From NCBI GenBank assembly GCA_001768615.1, contig MELE01000078.1:1-58390 (forward strand): DNA of 58,390 nt. Direction: 5' to 3'. The notes beneath the pieces were generated by a model, which saw nothing but the letters and a program-made list of their open reading frames with translations, did not search any database and was not told where the DNA came from. The DNA comes from Acidobacteria bacterium RIFCSPLOWO2_12_FULL_67_14b (lineage in GTDB: Bacteria; Acidobacteriota; Vicinamibacteria; Vicinamibacterales; UBA2999). Position numbers and translations under genes: made by a program. Below are positions 27,620-38,023 of the stretch, in pieces (position 1 is the stretch's first letter; every line of letters starts with the position of its first letter).

Positions 27620-28754
27620 CGTCGTGATCGTGGGCGGTGGGCCGGCCGGCGCGCTGGCGGCCGTCATCCTGGCGCGGGCCGGCGCCCGCGTACGCGTGTT
27701 CGAGCGGGCGCGGTTCCCGCGGCACAAACTCTGCGGCGACACGCTCAACCCCGGCGCCCTGGCCGTGCTCGCGCGGCATCTGGACGCGGCGCCGCTCGTC
27801 GCTTGCGGCGACGCCATCGACGGCATGATCCTGACGGGCCCCGGCGGCGTGCGCGTGCGCGGACGCTACGGGCGCGGCCTCGCGGGCCGGGCCGTCACGC
27901 GCGAGGTGTTCGACGACTGGCTGCTGTCGCAGGCCGTGCGTGCCGGCGCGCAGGTCGAGGAAGGCGTGCGCGTGCGCGGGGCCACGACGATGGTCGAGCG
28001 GGGCGTCGAACGGGTGGCCGGCGTGTCCGTACAAGGCGCGCAGATGCCGGTGTCGCACCCGTCGCGAATGGTGATCGCGGCCGACGGCCGGCGCTCGTGC
28101 CTGGCCTTCGGGCGCGGGCATGCGCGCCAGCCGGCGCGTCCGCGCCGCTGGGCCATCGGCGCCTACTTCACCGGCGTGCACGGCGGGACGACCGCCGGTG
28201 AGATGCACGTGCGCGAGGGCCACTACATTGGCGTGGCGCCGCTGCCGGGCGGGCTCACCAACGCGTGCCTCGTGGTCCCGCACGCGCCCGGCGACGAAGC
28301 CCTGAAAGCGCCATCGGGACTGCTCGATCGGTACCTGCGTGCGGATCCCGAGCTGGCCGGCCGCTTCGCGGAGGCCCGGCCGGAGGGGCCCGCGGTGATG
28401 CTCGGCCCGATGGCCGTGGACAGCACGAGCGCGGGCGAGGCGGGGCTGCTGCTTGCCGGCGATGCCGCGGGGTTCATCGATCCGATGACCGGCGATGGCC
28501 TGCGCCTCGCGCTCACCGGCGCCGAGCTGGCGGCCGAGACCACCATCGAAGTGCTCGCCGGCCGTCTGGCGCCCGAGCGGGCGCACGTCGTCCTGGCCGA
28601 ACGGCGGCGGGCGGCGTTCCAGTCGAAGTGGCGGTTCAACCGCACGCTCCGCTTCCTGGTCGCGTCACCGCGCGGGGTCGGCGCGGCCGCCGTGGCGGCG
28701 CGCGCGCTGCCGTCGATGTTCGAACGGGTCATTCGCTACGCTGGAGACTGCTGA
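27612..28754 (+). CDS. FAD-dependent oxidoreductase (geranylgeranyl reductase-like)
   Basis: GGGPAG, FPRHKLCGD, AADGRRS, GDAAGFIDPMTGDG. Confidence 0.88.
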   Translation: MDDVVIVGGGPAGALAAVILARAGARVRVFERARFPRHKLCGDTLNPGALAVLARHLDAAPLVACGDAIDGMILTGPGGVRVRGRYGRGLAGRAVTREVFDDWLLSQAVRAGAQVEEGVRVRGATTMVERGVERVAGVSVQGAQMPVSHPSRMVIAADGRRSCLAFGRGHARQPARPRRWAIGAYFTGVHGGTTAGEMHVREGHYIGVAPLPGGLTNACLVVPHAPGDEALKAPSGLLDRYLRADPELAGRFAEARPEGPAVMLGPMAVDSTSAGEAGLLLAGDAAGFIDPMTGDGLRLALTGAELAAETTIEVLAGRLAPERAHVVLAERRRAAFQSKWRFNRTLRFLVASPRGVGAAAVAARALPSMFERVIRYAGDC

Positions 28755-28758
28755 CGTG

Positions 28759-29277
28759 ATGCCGCCCGCGATGGCCATCGCCCTCGTCACGGTTGTCGCC
28801 GTCCTGTTGATGATGAGCGGCGAAGCGGTGCTGTCGGCGTTCAACGAGCGCCAGTTGCGCGCCCGCGGCGCCATCGAGCCAAAAGGCGATGTGATTGCCA
28901 CCATGCGATGGGCCTATCCGGCCGGGTTTGTGGCGATGGCCATCGAGGGCGCGTGGAGCGGCCCATCACCGCCGCCGGTCCTCGTCGGCGGCCTCGTGCT
29001 CTTCGGTTTCGCCAAGGCGCTGAAGCTCTGGGCGATCGCGTCGCTCGGACCGAAGTGGAGCTACCGCGTGCTCGTCGTACCGGGCGAGCCGCTGGTGCAG
29101 TCGGGGCCGTATCGCTTTCTCACGCATCCCAACTACCTGGCGGTCGCGGGCGAGATCGCCGCCGTGGCCGCCACGGTGTGGGCGCCCATCACCGGCACGC
29201 TCGCCGTGGTCGGATTCGGGTGGCTGATGTCGATGCGCATCCGTGTTGAAGATCGCGCGCTGGGCCGCCTTCGCTAA
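28759..29277 (+). CDS. ICMT-family methyltransferase (SrsB/BpsB-like)
   Basis: NERQLRARGAIE, WAIASLG..W..RV, GPYRFLTHPNYLAV, RIRVED.AL. Confidence 0.8.
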   Translation: MPPAMAIALVTVVAVLLMMSGEAVLSAFNERQLRARGAIEPKGDVIATMRWAYPAGFVAMAIEGAWSGPSPPPVLVGGLVLFGFAKALKLWAIASLGPKWSYRVLVVPGEPLVQSGPYRFLTHPNYLAVAGEIAAVAATVWAPITGTLAVVGFGWLMSMRIRVEDRALGRLR

Positions 29278-29331
29278 AGCTACGGCGGGCCAAGGCCGCC
29301 TTCGCTAAAGCTCCGGCGCGCCAAGGCCGCC
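29263..29331. repeat. 31-bp tandem REP-like palindrome (CCGCCTTCGCTAAAGCTACGGCGG) x2
   Basis: Units at 29263-29293 and 29294-29324; the first supplies the upstream gene's TAA. Confidence 0.85.
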
Positions 29332-29374
29332 ACGCTGAAGCGATGACGGGCCAAGGACGAATAGAATAAGCCGC

Positions 29375-30790
29375 GTGAAGTTACCGAAGTGGGCGGCCGC
29401 ACTCGACGTGCTGGCGGTCGTGATGGCGACTATCGCCCTCTCCGTCTTCCTCGGCGGCGGCTTCCGCCTGGCCGTCTTCGGCGGCCGGCTCTCCGTGACC
29501 GACTGGTGGCGGCCCGCGCTCTGGAGCGTGCTGGCCATCGCCCTGCGTCACGCGGTGGTGCGCGCGCATCCGCTCCCGCAACGCGTCCTTCACGCCATCG
29601 TCACCTGGTGGAAGAGTCCCGACACGAAAGCGGTGCTGCCGATTCATCTCGCCACGCGGGCCGGCGTGCTCGCCATCGGGTTCCTCGCCGTGATCCTCGT
29701 CGGCTACCCGGCCAGCACCGGCGGGCCGCCGTGGCGCGTCTACAGCAACGACTTCCTGGACTTGCCGGCCCGCTGGGATACCGGGTGGTACCTCGGGATC
29801 GCGAGCGAGGGCTATCAGTGGAACCGGCAGTTGCCGGCCGACTACCCGCAGAACATCGCGTTCTTCCCGGCGTTCCCGATGGCGATGCGATACGCGTCGA
29901 TCGTGTTCGGCCGGCAGCCGCTCTGGACGGGCGTGGCGATTTCCCTCGTCGCGTTTTTCATCGGGCTCGTGTACTTCCTGCGCCTCGCCCGCGATCACCT
30001 GGGCAACGACGATGCGGCGGCGACGGCGGTGACGCTGCTCGCCACGTATCCGTTCGCGGTCTTCTACAGCGCGGCGTATACGGAAGGCTTGTTCTTCCTG
30101 ACACTGATCGCGGCGGTCTATCACTTCCGCCACGATCACCTGTGGCGGGCATCGGCCTGGGGACTTGCCTGCGGCCTGACGCGACCCAACGGCTGCTTTC
30201 TCTCCGTCGCGCTCGGGCTGATGGCGGTGTCCCCGGTGTGGGAGGCGTGGCGCCGGCGGCCGATGCCGCCTCTGGACGGCGGATGGGCCCGCGTCGCGGT
30301 GCGGTTGCTCTCGGCGTCGGCGCCCGGCCTCGGCATGCTGTCGTATTCCGCGTTCATCTATCGACTGACCGGCAACCCGTTGCAGTGGACCTCGCAGAAC
30401 CTGGCGTGGGGCCGCGTCTATCGCGGCCTCGACACGCTCGTGACCGATCGCATCGACTTCATCGCCGACAACGGCTTCTATTCGTACGCGTCGACCCAGA
30501 CGATCGATCTCTTCTATTTGCTGGCCGTGCTCTTCATGCTCGGGGCGGCGTGGCCTGTGTACCGCCGCTTCGGCCTGGCGTATGCCGTGCTGATCCTCGT
30601 CACCGTGCTGCCGCCGATCGCCGTCGGCGGCCTGCTGTCGATGGGCCGCGTGACCTCGGTGCTGTTTCCCGCGTTCCTCTGGATGGCCGCGGTGGTGCCG
30701 GCCCGGCACCGCGCGGCGTGGGTCGCCGTCTTCGCCTGCCTCCAGGGATTCGTCGCCGTGATGTTTTTTACGTGGCGGCCGATCTTCTAG
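29375..30790 (+). CDS. GT-C fold mannosyltransferase (PIG-V-like) membrane protein
   Basis: ARWDTGWYLGIA..GY, AFFPAFP, FYSAAYTEGLF, LTRPNG, many TM helices. Confidence 0.8.
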   Translation: MKLPKWAAALDVLAVVMATIALSVFLGGGFRLAVFGGRLSVTDWWRPALWSVLAIALRHAVVRAHPLPQRVLHAIVTWWKSPDTKAVLPIHLATRAGVLAIGFLAVILVGYPASTGGPPWRVYSNDFLDLPARWDTGWYLGIASEGYQWNRQLPADYPQNIAFFPAFPMAMRYASIVFGRQPLWTGVAISLVAFFIGLVYFLRLARDHLGNDDAAATAVTLLATYPFAVFYSAAYTEGLFFLTLIAAVYHFRHDHLWRASAWGLACGLTRPNGCFLSVALGLMAVSPVWEAWRRRPMPPLDGGWARVAVRLLSASAPGLGMLSYSAFIYRLTGNPLQWTSQNLAWGRVYRGLDTLVTDRIDFIADNGFYSYASTQTIDLFYLLAVLFMLGAAWPVYRRFGLAYAVLILVTVLPPIAVGGLLSMGRVTSVLFPAFLWMAAVVPARHRAAWVAVFACLQGFVAVMFFTWRPIF

Positions 30791-30814
30791 CCCGGGCGTC
30801 TGAAATTCAGGGAC

Positions 30815-30840
30815 GTAGAGGCGGGTCTTTAGACCCGCCT
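30815..30840 (+). repeat. GTAG-type REP hairpin GTAG-AGGCGGGTC-TTTA-GACCCGCCT
   Basis: Perfect 9-bp stem preceded by GTAG. Confidence 0.75.
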
Positions 30841-30859
30841 GTGCCCTTATACTCAAATC

Positions 30860-33361
30860 ATGTTGCGCCGCGTTCTCCTGCTGCTGGTCACGCTGGTCGT
30901 CACGGCCGGGTTCACGCCGCCGGTCACGGCTGAGCAGGCATCGACGGCGGCTTCCGCCCGCGCCGCGGCCGAACGGGCCTGGCGCACGGGCCGCCTGGAC
31001 GAGGTCGAGAAACTGGCGCAGGGGTTCGCGTCGGACGAAACGCTGGCGGTCCTGCGCGCGCGGGCGGTGGCGGCCCGCGGCGACTACGCCCGCGCCGAAG
31101 CGATCCTGCAGCCGCTGGGGGCGGCCAATCCGTCGGGCGACGCCGCGCTCGAAGCCGGCCTGCTCCAGCAGATGGTCGGCCGCCGCACCGAGGCGCGGCG
31201 GTCCCTGCAACTGATCCTGATGAACGACGCGCGCTCGCCGAGCGCGCGCGATTACCTCCGTGCGGCGCGCGCCTCGCGCGCCCTCGGGCGGTTCGAAGAC
31301 GCGCAGGCCTACTTCCGCGACGCGATTGCGCTGGCGCCCACCGATCCCCTCGTCAACACCGAGTGGGGCGACATGTTCGTCGAAAAGTACAACAACAAGG
31401 ACGCCGCGCGCTCCTTCGAGGAAGCGCTTAAGGCCGATGCCGAGTACGGCCGCGCCTACGTGGGCATGGCGCGCGCCCTGGCCGACACCAACCCGCCGCA
31501 GGCGCTCCAGTTCGCCGAGCGCGCGCTCAAGATCAACCCGATCGATGCGGGCGCCCACCTGTTCATGGCGGAACACGCCATTTACCAGGACCGGAAGAAG
31601 GACGCGCGCGCGTCGATCGCCCGGGTGCTCGAGACCAACCCGCGGCACCTCGAGGCGCTGTCGATGCGGGCGGCGCTCGCCTACGTCGAGGGCAGGGACC
31701 AGGAATACCAGGACACGGTGGCCGCCGCCCTCAAGATCCATCCCGCCTACGGCGAGATCCACCGCATTGTCGGGTCGATCACCGCGCACTATTACCGGTT
31801 CGACGAGGCCGTCGAGCACGTGCGCAAGGCGATCGCGCTCGACCGCGAGAACAACCGCGCCTATGCCGACCTCGGCGCGCACCTGATGCGCACCGGCGAC
31901 GAGCGTAACGCCCGGCGGGCGCTCGAAACGGCGTTCCGTGTGGACCCCTACGACACGGTCACCTTCAACCTGCTGACGCTGCTCGACAACCTGGAGCCCT
32001 TCGACACGATCAAGGACGGGGACATGGTGATCCGTCTCCATCCCGACGAGGCGCCGGTGATGCGCCACCACGCGCCGCAGCTGGCGCGCGAGGCGCTCGA
32101 CGCGCTCAGCAAGCGCTGGGAGTTCACGCCGAAGGGCCCCATCCTGGTCGAGATGTTCCCGCAACACGACGACTTCGCCGTGCGCACGCTGGGGCTGCCC
32201 GGCATGCTCGGCGCCCTCGGCGCCTGCTTCGGGCGCGTCGTGACGCTCGATTCGCCGAAGGCGCGGGACCCGGGCACCTTCAACTGGGGCGAGACGTTGT
32301 GGCACGAGATGGCGCACGTGATCACGCTGCAGCTGTCGAACAACCGCCTGCCGCGCTGGCTGAGCGAAGGCACCTCGGTGTACGAAGAGCGCCGCGCGCG
32401 CCCGGAGTGGGGCCGCGAGATGGACCTGCCCTTTGCGCGGGCGATCGATCGCAAGCAGGTGATCAGGCTGCGCGAGCTCAACTCGGGGTTCTCGAATCCC
32501 GAAACCATTTCGCTGTCGTACTACCAGGCCTCTCTCGTGGTCGAGCACATCGTGAACGTCTACGGCCAGGCGAAGCTGCGCGAGCTGGTGCGGTCGTACG
32601 CCGACGGCGTCGATACCGAGGCGGCGATCGAGCAGGCGCTCGGCGTGGACATCGACGCGCTGCAGGCATCGTTCGACGGCTTTATCGACACGCGCTTCGC
32701 TGGCGTGCGGCGCGCCCTGGCGGTCCCCGACGGCCTCAGCCCCGAGATGCCTGTGGACCGCCTGAAGGCCATCGTGTCAGCGAATCCCGGAAGCTTCACG
32801 GCGCAGATGGCCCTGGGCATGGCCCTGCAGGAGTCGTCTCCCGACGCCGCCATCGCGGCTTTCGAAAAGGCGGCGGCGCTGGTGCCCAATGCCACGGGCG
32901 ACGACAGCCCGCAGGCGCTGATCGCGAAGATCGCGGTCGCCAGGGGCGACAAGGCGCGCGCGGCCCGGGCGCTCGACGCCCTGACCACCCACGCGCAGAG
33001 CGACGTCCAGTCGTCGCGGCAACTGGTGACGCTGCTCGACGGCGCCCGCGAGCCCGCGCGCCTGCAGGTTGCGCTCAAGCGCGTCGTCGCCGTCGACCCG
33101 TTCGACGCGCAGGCGCAGAGCGCGCTCGGGCGCATGGCCCTCGCCGCCGGCCAGACCGCCGAGGCGGTGCGGCTGTTCCGCGCGGCGCTGGGCGCGCGGC
33201 CGGTCGACCGCGCCGGCGCGCATGCCGACCTCGCGGAGGCCCTGCTCCAGGGAGGGCAGAAAGACGAGGCGAAGAAGCAGGCGCTCGCCGCCCTCGAGAT
33301 CGCGCCGACGTTCACGCGCGCACAGGACCTCCTGCTCAAGCTCATCACCGGAGGCAGCTAA
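30860..33361 (+). CDS. Exported TPR-repeat protein with peptidase MA (gluzincin) domain
   Basis: Signal peptide; TPR-like helices flanking WHEMAHV...PRWLSEG (HExxH plus downstream E). Confidence 0.82.
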   Translation: MLRRVLLLLVTLVVTAGFTPPVTAEQASTAASARAAAERAWRTGRLDEVEKLAQGFASDETLAVLRARAVAARGDYARAEAILQPLGAANPSGDAALEAGLLQQMVGRRTEARRSLQLILMNDARSPSARDYLRAARASRALGRFEDAQAYFRDAIALAPTDPLVNTEWGDMFVEKYNNKDAARSFEEALKADAEYGRAYVGMARALADTNPPQALQFAERALKINPIDAGAHLFMAEHAIYQDRKKDARASIARVLETNPRHLEALSMRAALAYVEGRDQEYQDTVAAALKIHPAYGEIHRIVGSITAHYYRFDEAVEHVRKAIALDRENNRAYADLGAHLMRTGDERNARRALETAFRVDPYDTVTFNLLTLLDNLEPFDTIKDGDMVIRLHPDEAPVMRHHAPQLAREALDALSKRWEFTPKGPILVEMFPQHDDFAVRTLGLPGMLGALGACFGRVVTLDSPKARDPGTFNWGETLWHEMAHVITLQLSNNRLPRWLSEGTSVYEERRARPEWGREMDLPFARAIDRKQVIRLRELNSGFSNPETISLSYYQASLVVEHIVNVYGQAKLRELVRSYADGVDTEAAIEQALGVDIDALQASFDGFIDTRFAGVRRALAVPDGLSPEMPVDRLKAIVSANPGSFTAQMALGMALQESSPDAAIAAFEKAAALVPNATGDDSPQALIAKIAVARGDKARAARALDALTTHAQSDVQSSRQLVTLLDGAREPARLQVALKRVVAVDPFDAQAQSALGRMALAAGQTAEAVRLFRAALGARPVDRAGAHADLAEALLQGGQKDEAKKQALAALEIAPTFTRAQDLLLKLITGGS

Positions 33362-34183
33362 TTGCGCCAACCCCGATGGGTCCTCATCACGACGCTGCTC
33401 GCGGCGGGAGTGTGGCTCAGCGCGGAACTGGCCTTGCCCGCCGTAGCTTCAGCGAAGGCGGGGCAGATGCCCGCCATCGGCGTTGACAAGTTCGCCGGCC
33501 TCAAGTGGACCTTCGTGCGCATCAAGTACAGCACCTGGGACGGCGAGGGCGGTGCCGCGCGCAACAGCCTGAGCTACTGGGACGATCCGTGGGCCATCGA
33601 CGCGCCCGCGGCCGAGCAGAACCTGTCGCGCCGCATCAAGTCGGTCACCGCGATCGATGTCGGCGACCCAATCGTCATGACGCTGGGCGATGAGAACCTG
33701 TGGAAACATCCCTGGATCTACATCGTCGAGCCGAGCAACCTGTTGCTGTCGGACGCGGAGGTGCCGATCCTCCGCGAGTTTCTCCTGCGCGGCGGTACGC
33801 TCACGATGGACGACTTCCACGGTCCCTACGAATGGGATCTCACCGTCAAACAGCTGCGCCGCGTCTTCCCGGACCGCGACATCGTCGAACTGGCGCCGCC
33901 GCATCCGATCTACACGTGCTTCTACCGCATCGACAAGTACCCGCAGATTCCGGGACTGGGGTCGTTCCTGAGCGGCCGCACGTGGGAGAAGGGCGGCTTC
34001 ACCGCCCACCTGCGCGGCATCATGAACGACTCGGGCCGGCCGATGGTCCTGATCAACTGGAACACCGACATGGGCGACGGCGTCGAGTGGTCCAACGCCG
34101 AGGAGTACCAGGGCTACCTCAAGTGGACGGCCCAGGCGTACCAGATGCTGATCAACGAAGTGATTTATTCGCTCACGCACTGA
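33362..34183 (+). CDS. DUF4159 domain exported protein
   Basis: FVRIKY, WAIDAP.AEQNL, LREFLLRGGTLTMDDF, HPIY, NTDMGDGVEW. Confidence 0.8.
   Translation: MRQPRWVLITTLLAAGVWLSAELALPAVASAKAGQMPAIGVDKFAGLKWTFVRIKYSTWDGEGGAARNSLSYWDDPWAIDAPAAEQNLSRRIKSVTAIDVGDPIVMTLGDENLWKHPWIYIVEPSNLLLSDAEVPILREFLLRGGTLTMDDFHGPYEWDLTVKQLRRVFPDRDIVELAPPHPIYTCFYRIDKYPQIPGLGSFLSGRTWEKGGFTAHLRGIMNDSGRPMVLINWNTDMGDGVEWSNAEEYQGYLKWTAQAYQMLINEVIYSLTH
33430..33461. repeat. REP-like element (same family as 29263-29331) inside the DUF4159 CDS
   Basis: Reverse complement ccgccttcgctgaagctacggcgggcaaggcc versus intergenic ccgccttcgctaaagctacggcgggccaaggcc. Confidence 0.8.
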
Positions 34184-34189
34184 GGTCTC

Positions 34190-35200
<1,011 letters not shown>

Positions 35201-35203
35201 GCC

Positions 35204-36097
35204 ATGGCTGGCGGGGCGCGCTACCTCGACCCGGCGATCGTCGCGCGGCTCGGGACGATCGACCTCAAGGCGCGGACCATCGTCGAAGGGTTCCTGACCG
35301 GACTACACCGCAGCCCGTACAAGGGCTTCAGCGTCGAGTTCGCGGAGTACCGGCAGTACATTCACGGCGACGATCTGGCCACGCTCGACTGGAAGGTCTT
35401 CGCGCGGTCGGACCGCCATTTCGTCAAGAAGTTCGAGGAAGAGACCAACCTCACGTGCCACCTGCTGCTCGACATCAGCCGGTCGATGGCGTACGGGTCC
35501 GGCGGCATCACCAAGCTGCAATACGGGTCGTACCTCACCGGGGCGCTGGCCTACCTGATGCACCGGCAGCGCGACGCGTTCGGGTTGATCGCGTTTGACG
35601 ATCGCATTTCGGCGCTCCTGCCGGCGAGCGCCCGCTCGGGTCACCTTCGCGCCGTGCTGCTCGCGCTCGAACGGCTGAAGATCGGCGCCAAGACCGACGT
35701 CGCCAAGCCGCTGAACGATCTGGCGGCCGCCGTCCGCAAGCGCGGACTCGTGGTTTTGGTATCGGACCTGCTCGACGATCCGGTCCGCGTGCTCGATGGC
35801 CTGAAGCACTTCCGCTACCGCGGCACGGATGTGATCGTGTTTCACATTCTCGATCCGTACGAGCTGGAGTTTCCCTTCGAGCATGCGGCGCGGTTTCGCG
35901 ACATGGAAACGGCCGACGAGGTGATGGCGGTGCCGCGGGCGGTACGGCAGGACTACATCGATCGCCTGCAGGAGCTGATCGCCACCTACCGGCGCGAGTT
36001 GGGGCTCGCCGGCATCGACTACTGCCTGCTCGATACGTCGAAGCCGCTCGAACTGGGATTGATGTCGTACCTGATGACGCGCCGGAAGCTGCTCTGA
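35204..36097 (+). CDS. DUF58 / VWA MoxR partner
   Basis: GLHRSPYKGFSVEFAEYRQY..GDD, DWKV, LLDISRSM, VSDL. Confidence 0.92.
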   Translation: MAGGARYLDPAIVARLGTIDLKARTIVEGFLTGLHRSPYKGFSVEFAEYRQYIHGDDLATLDWKVFARSDRHFVKKFEEETNLTCHLLLDISRSMAYGSGGITKLQYGSYLTGALAYLMHRQRDAFGLIAFDDRISALLPASARSGHLRAVLLALERLKIGAKTDVAKPLNDLAAAVRKRGLVVLVSDLLDDPVRVLDGLKHFRYRGTDVIVFHILDPYELEFPFEHAARFRDMETADEVMAVPRAVRQDYIDRLQELIATYRRELGLAGIDYCLLDTSKPLELGLMSYLMTRRKLL

Positions 36098-37983
36098 TGT
36101 TCGGCATCTCGTTCCTGTCGCCGCTCTTCCTGATCGGCGCCGCCGCTGCGGTCATTCCCATCCTGCTGCACCTGTTCCATCGCCGTACGGACGTGGTGAT
36201 CGATTTCCCGGCGGTGAGACTGCTCAAGCGGGGTCCGATCGAACAGCATCGGCGGCGGCGGCTGCGCGAGGTCATCCTGCTCGCCCTGCGCGTGACCGCG
36301 CTGGTCCTGCTGGCGGTGTCGTTCGCGCGGCCGTATCTGGCCGGAGCGGTCGCCCCGGAATCGGCGCCGTTGACCGTCGTCGCCGCCGACGTCTCGATGA
36401 GCCTGTCGGCACCGGGCCAGATCGAACGCGTGCGCGAGGCGGCGCAACAGGCCATCCGTTCCGCGCCGGGCCCGCACGCGGTTGCCCTCGTGGCGTTCGC
36501 GGACGCGGCGACCGTGGTCGTGCCGCCGACGCTGGACCGTGCCCTCGCGCTGGCGGCGGCGGCGCAATTGACCGCCGGCCCCGGCGGCACCCGCTACCGC
36601 ACCGCCCTCGCTCGTGCCGCCGAATTGGCCGGCGTCCGGGAGGCGCGCGTGGTCGTGATCACCGACCTGCAGCAGGCGGGATGGGAGGTCAACGACGATG
36701 GCGGGTTGCCGGACGGGGTGGGCGTCGAGGTGGTGACCATCCCGCCGCCACCGTCGAACGTGGCCGTGACGTCGGCCGAGCGTCGCGATCGCACGATTGT
36801 GGCGACCGTGCAGAACTATGGCGCCGCGCCGGCGAGCGTGCCGGTAGCGTTACTCGTCGACGGCAAGACCGTGGCGAACGTCACCGTCGATGTCGCGGCG
36901 CTCTCGGCCACCGAAGCGCGGCTGACCGGCGAGCTGCCGGGCTCAGGCGCCGCGCGCGTCGTCGTCGACGACGCCGCGGGGTATCAGGGCGACAACATTC
37001 GCCACGTGGTGCTCGATCCGCCTCCGGCGGTATCGATTGCGGTGATCGTGGCCGATCCCACCGGCGCCACCGGCGGGTTGTATCTCGAACGCGCCCTGTC
37101 GGTGGCGGGTGGCGGCCGCGAATTTCGCGTGGACGTGGTTGATGGCCGCGCGTTCTCGCGGTGGACCGCCGCCGCCGTTGCGCACCAGGCCGCCCTGGTT
37201 GTGCTTGGCACACGGACCCTCGATCGCACGGGACGCGAGCGCATCAAGTCGTACCTGAACGGCGGAGGACAGCTGTGGCTCAGTCTGGGTCCCGACATCG
37301 ATCCGGCCACGCTGGCCGATGTCATCGGCGCTGACCTCGGCGTGACGCCCGCGCCCGTCGCGGGCCCATCGGGTGGCGCCACGATGGTCGCCAGCGATGG
37401 CCGTCATCCCATCTTTCGTCCGTTTCTCAATCCGTCGGGCGCTTTAGGGGACGTCCAGGTGGACCAGCACCGGCGTCTAAACGATCACACGGGGCGGACC
37501 GTGCTGGCGCGGTTTTCCGGGGGGGATCCGGCGCTCACGGAACAGGCGGTGGGCCGGGGCCGGCTGCTTATCTTCACGTCGGATCTGGACAACCTCTGGA
37601 GCCGCTTCCCGTTGAGCCCGGCCTTCGTGCCTTTCGCGGTGGAGACCGCGCGATACCTGACGGCGGGGCGGCAACAGCGCCAGGCCTGGGTGCTGCCGGA
37701 CACCCCGCGCGGCGTAGCGGCGGTTCCGGGAGTGGCGCGCGTCGGCGCGGGGACGTCGGGGTACTCGGTGGCGCTCAACGTGAACGTTCGCGAGTCGAAT
37801 CCGGCGACGACGTCGGTGGATGAATTTACTTCTGGCATCGAGCGCACCAGCCGTTCTGGTCAGCCGGCGCCGGGCCGGCAGGCGCGGGAAGTCGAGGATC
37901 GGCAGCGATGGTGGCAGATCGGGTTGCTGGTGATGCTGGCGGCGTTGGCGGGCGAAGGGCTGGTTGGGCGGCGCGCGACGTAG
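36097..37983 (+). CDS. BatA-domain / VWA membrane-anchored protein
   Basis: FLSPLFL...IPILLHL, LLALR...FARP, DVSMS, VITDLQ; C-terminal RES.. motif and TM helix. Confidence 0.82.
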   Translation: MFGISFLSPLFLIGAAAAVIPILLHLFHRRTDVVIDFPAVRLLKRGPIEQHRRRRLREVILLALRVTALVLLAVSFARPYLAGAVAPESAPLTVVAADVSMSLSAPGQIERVREAAQQAIRSAPGPHAVALVAFADAATVVVPPTLDRALALAAAAQLTAGPGGTRYRTALARAAELAGVREARVVVITDLQQAGWEVNDDGGLPDGVGVEVVTIPPPPSNVAVTSAERRDRTIVATVQNYGAAPASVPVALLVDGKTVANVTVDVAALSATEARLTGELPGSGAARVVVDDAAGYQGDNIRHVVLDPPPAVSIAVIVADPTGATGGLYLERALSVAGGGREFRVDVVDGRAFSRWTAAAVAHQAALVVLGTRTLDRTGRERIKSYLNGGGQLWLSLGPDIDPATLADVIGADLGVTPAPVAGPSGGATMVASDGRHPIFRPFLNPSGALGDVQVDQHRRLNDHTGRTVLARFSGGDPALTEQAVGRGRLLIFTSDLDNLWSRFPLSPAFVPFAVETARYLTAGRQQRQAWVLPDTPRGVAAVPGVARVGAGTSGYSVALNVNVRESNPATTSVDEFTSGIERTSRSGQPAPGRQAREVEDRQRWWQIGLLVMLAALAGEGLVGRRAT

Positions 37984-38023
37984 GCTACGATTGCTGCAGG
38001 CGCCCCGTGCGCCACGAAAGACA

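Noticed and set aside
29263-29331. 31-bp repeats as a mini-CRISPR
   Set aside because: There is no spacer between copies; it is a dispersed REP-like palindrome.
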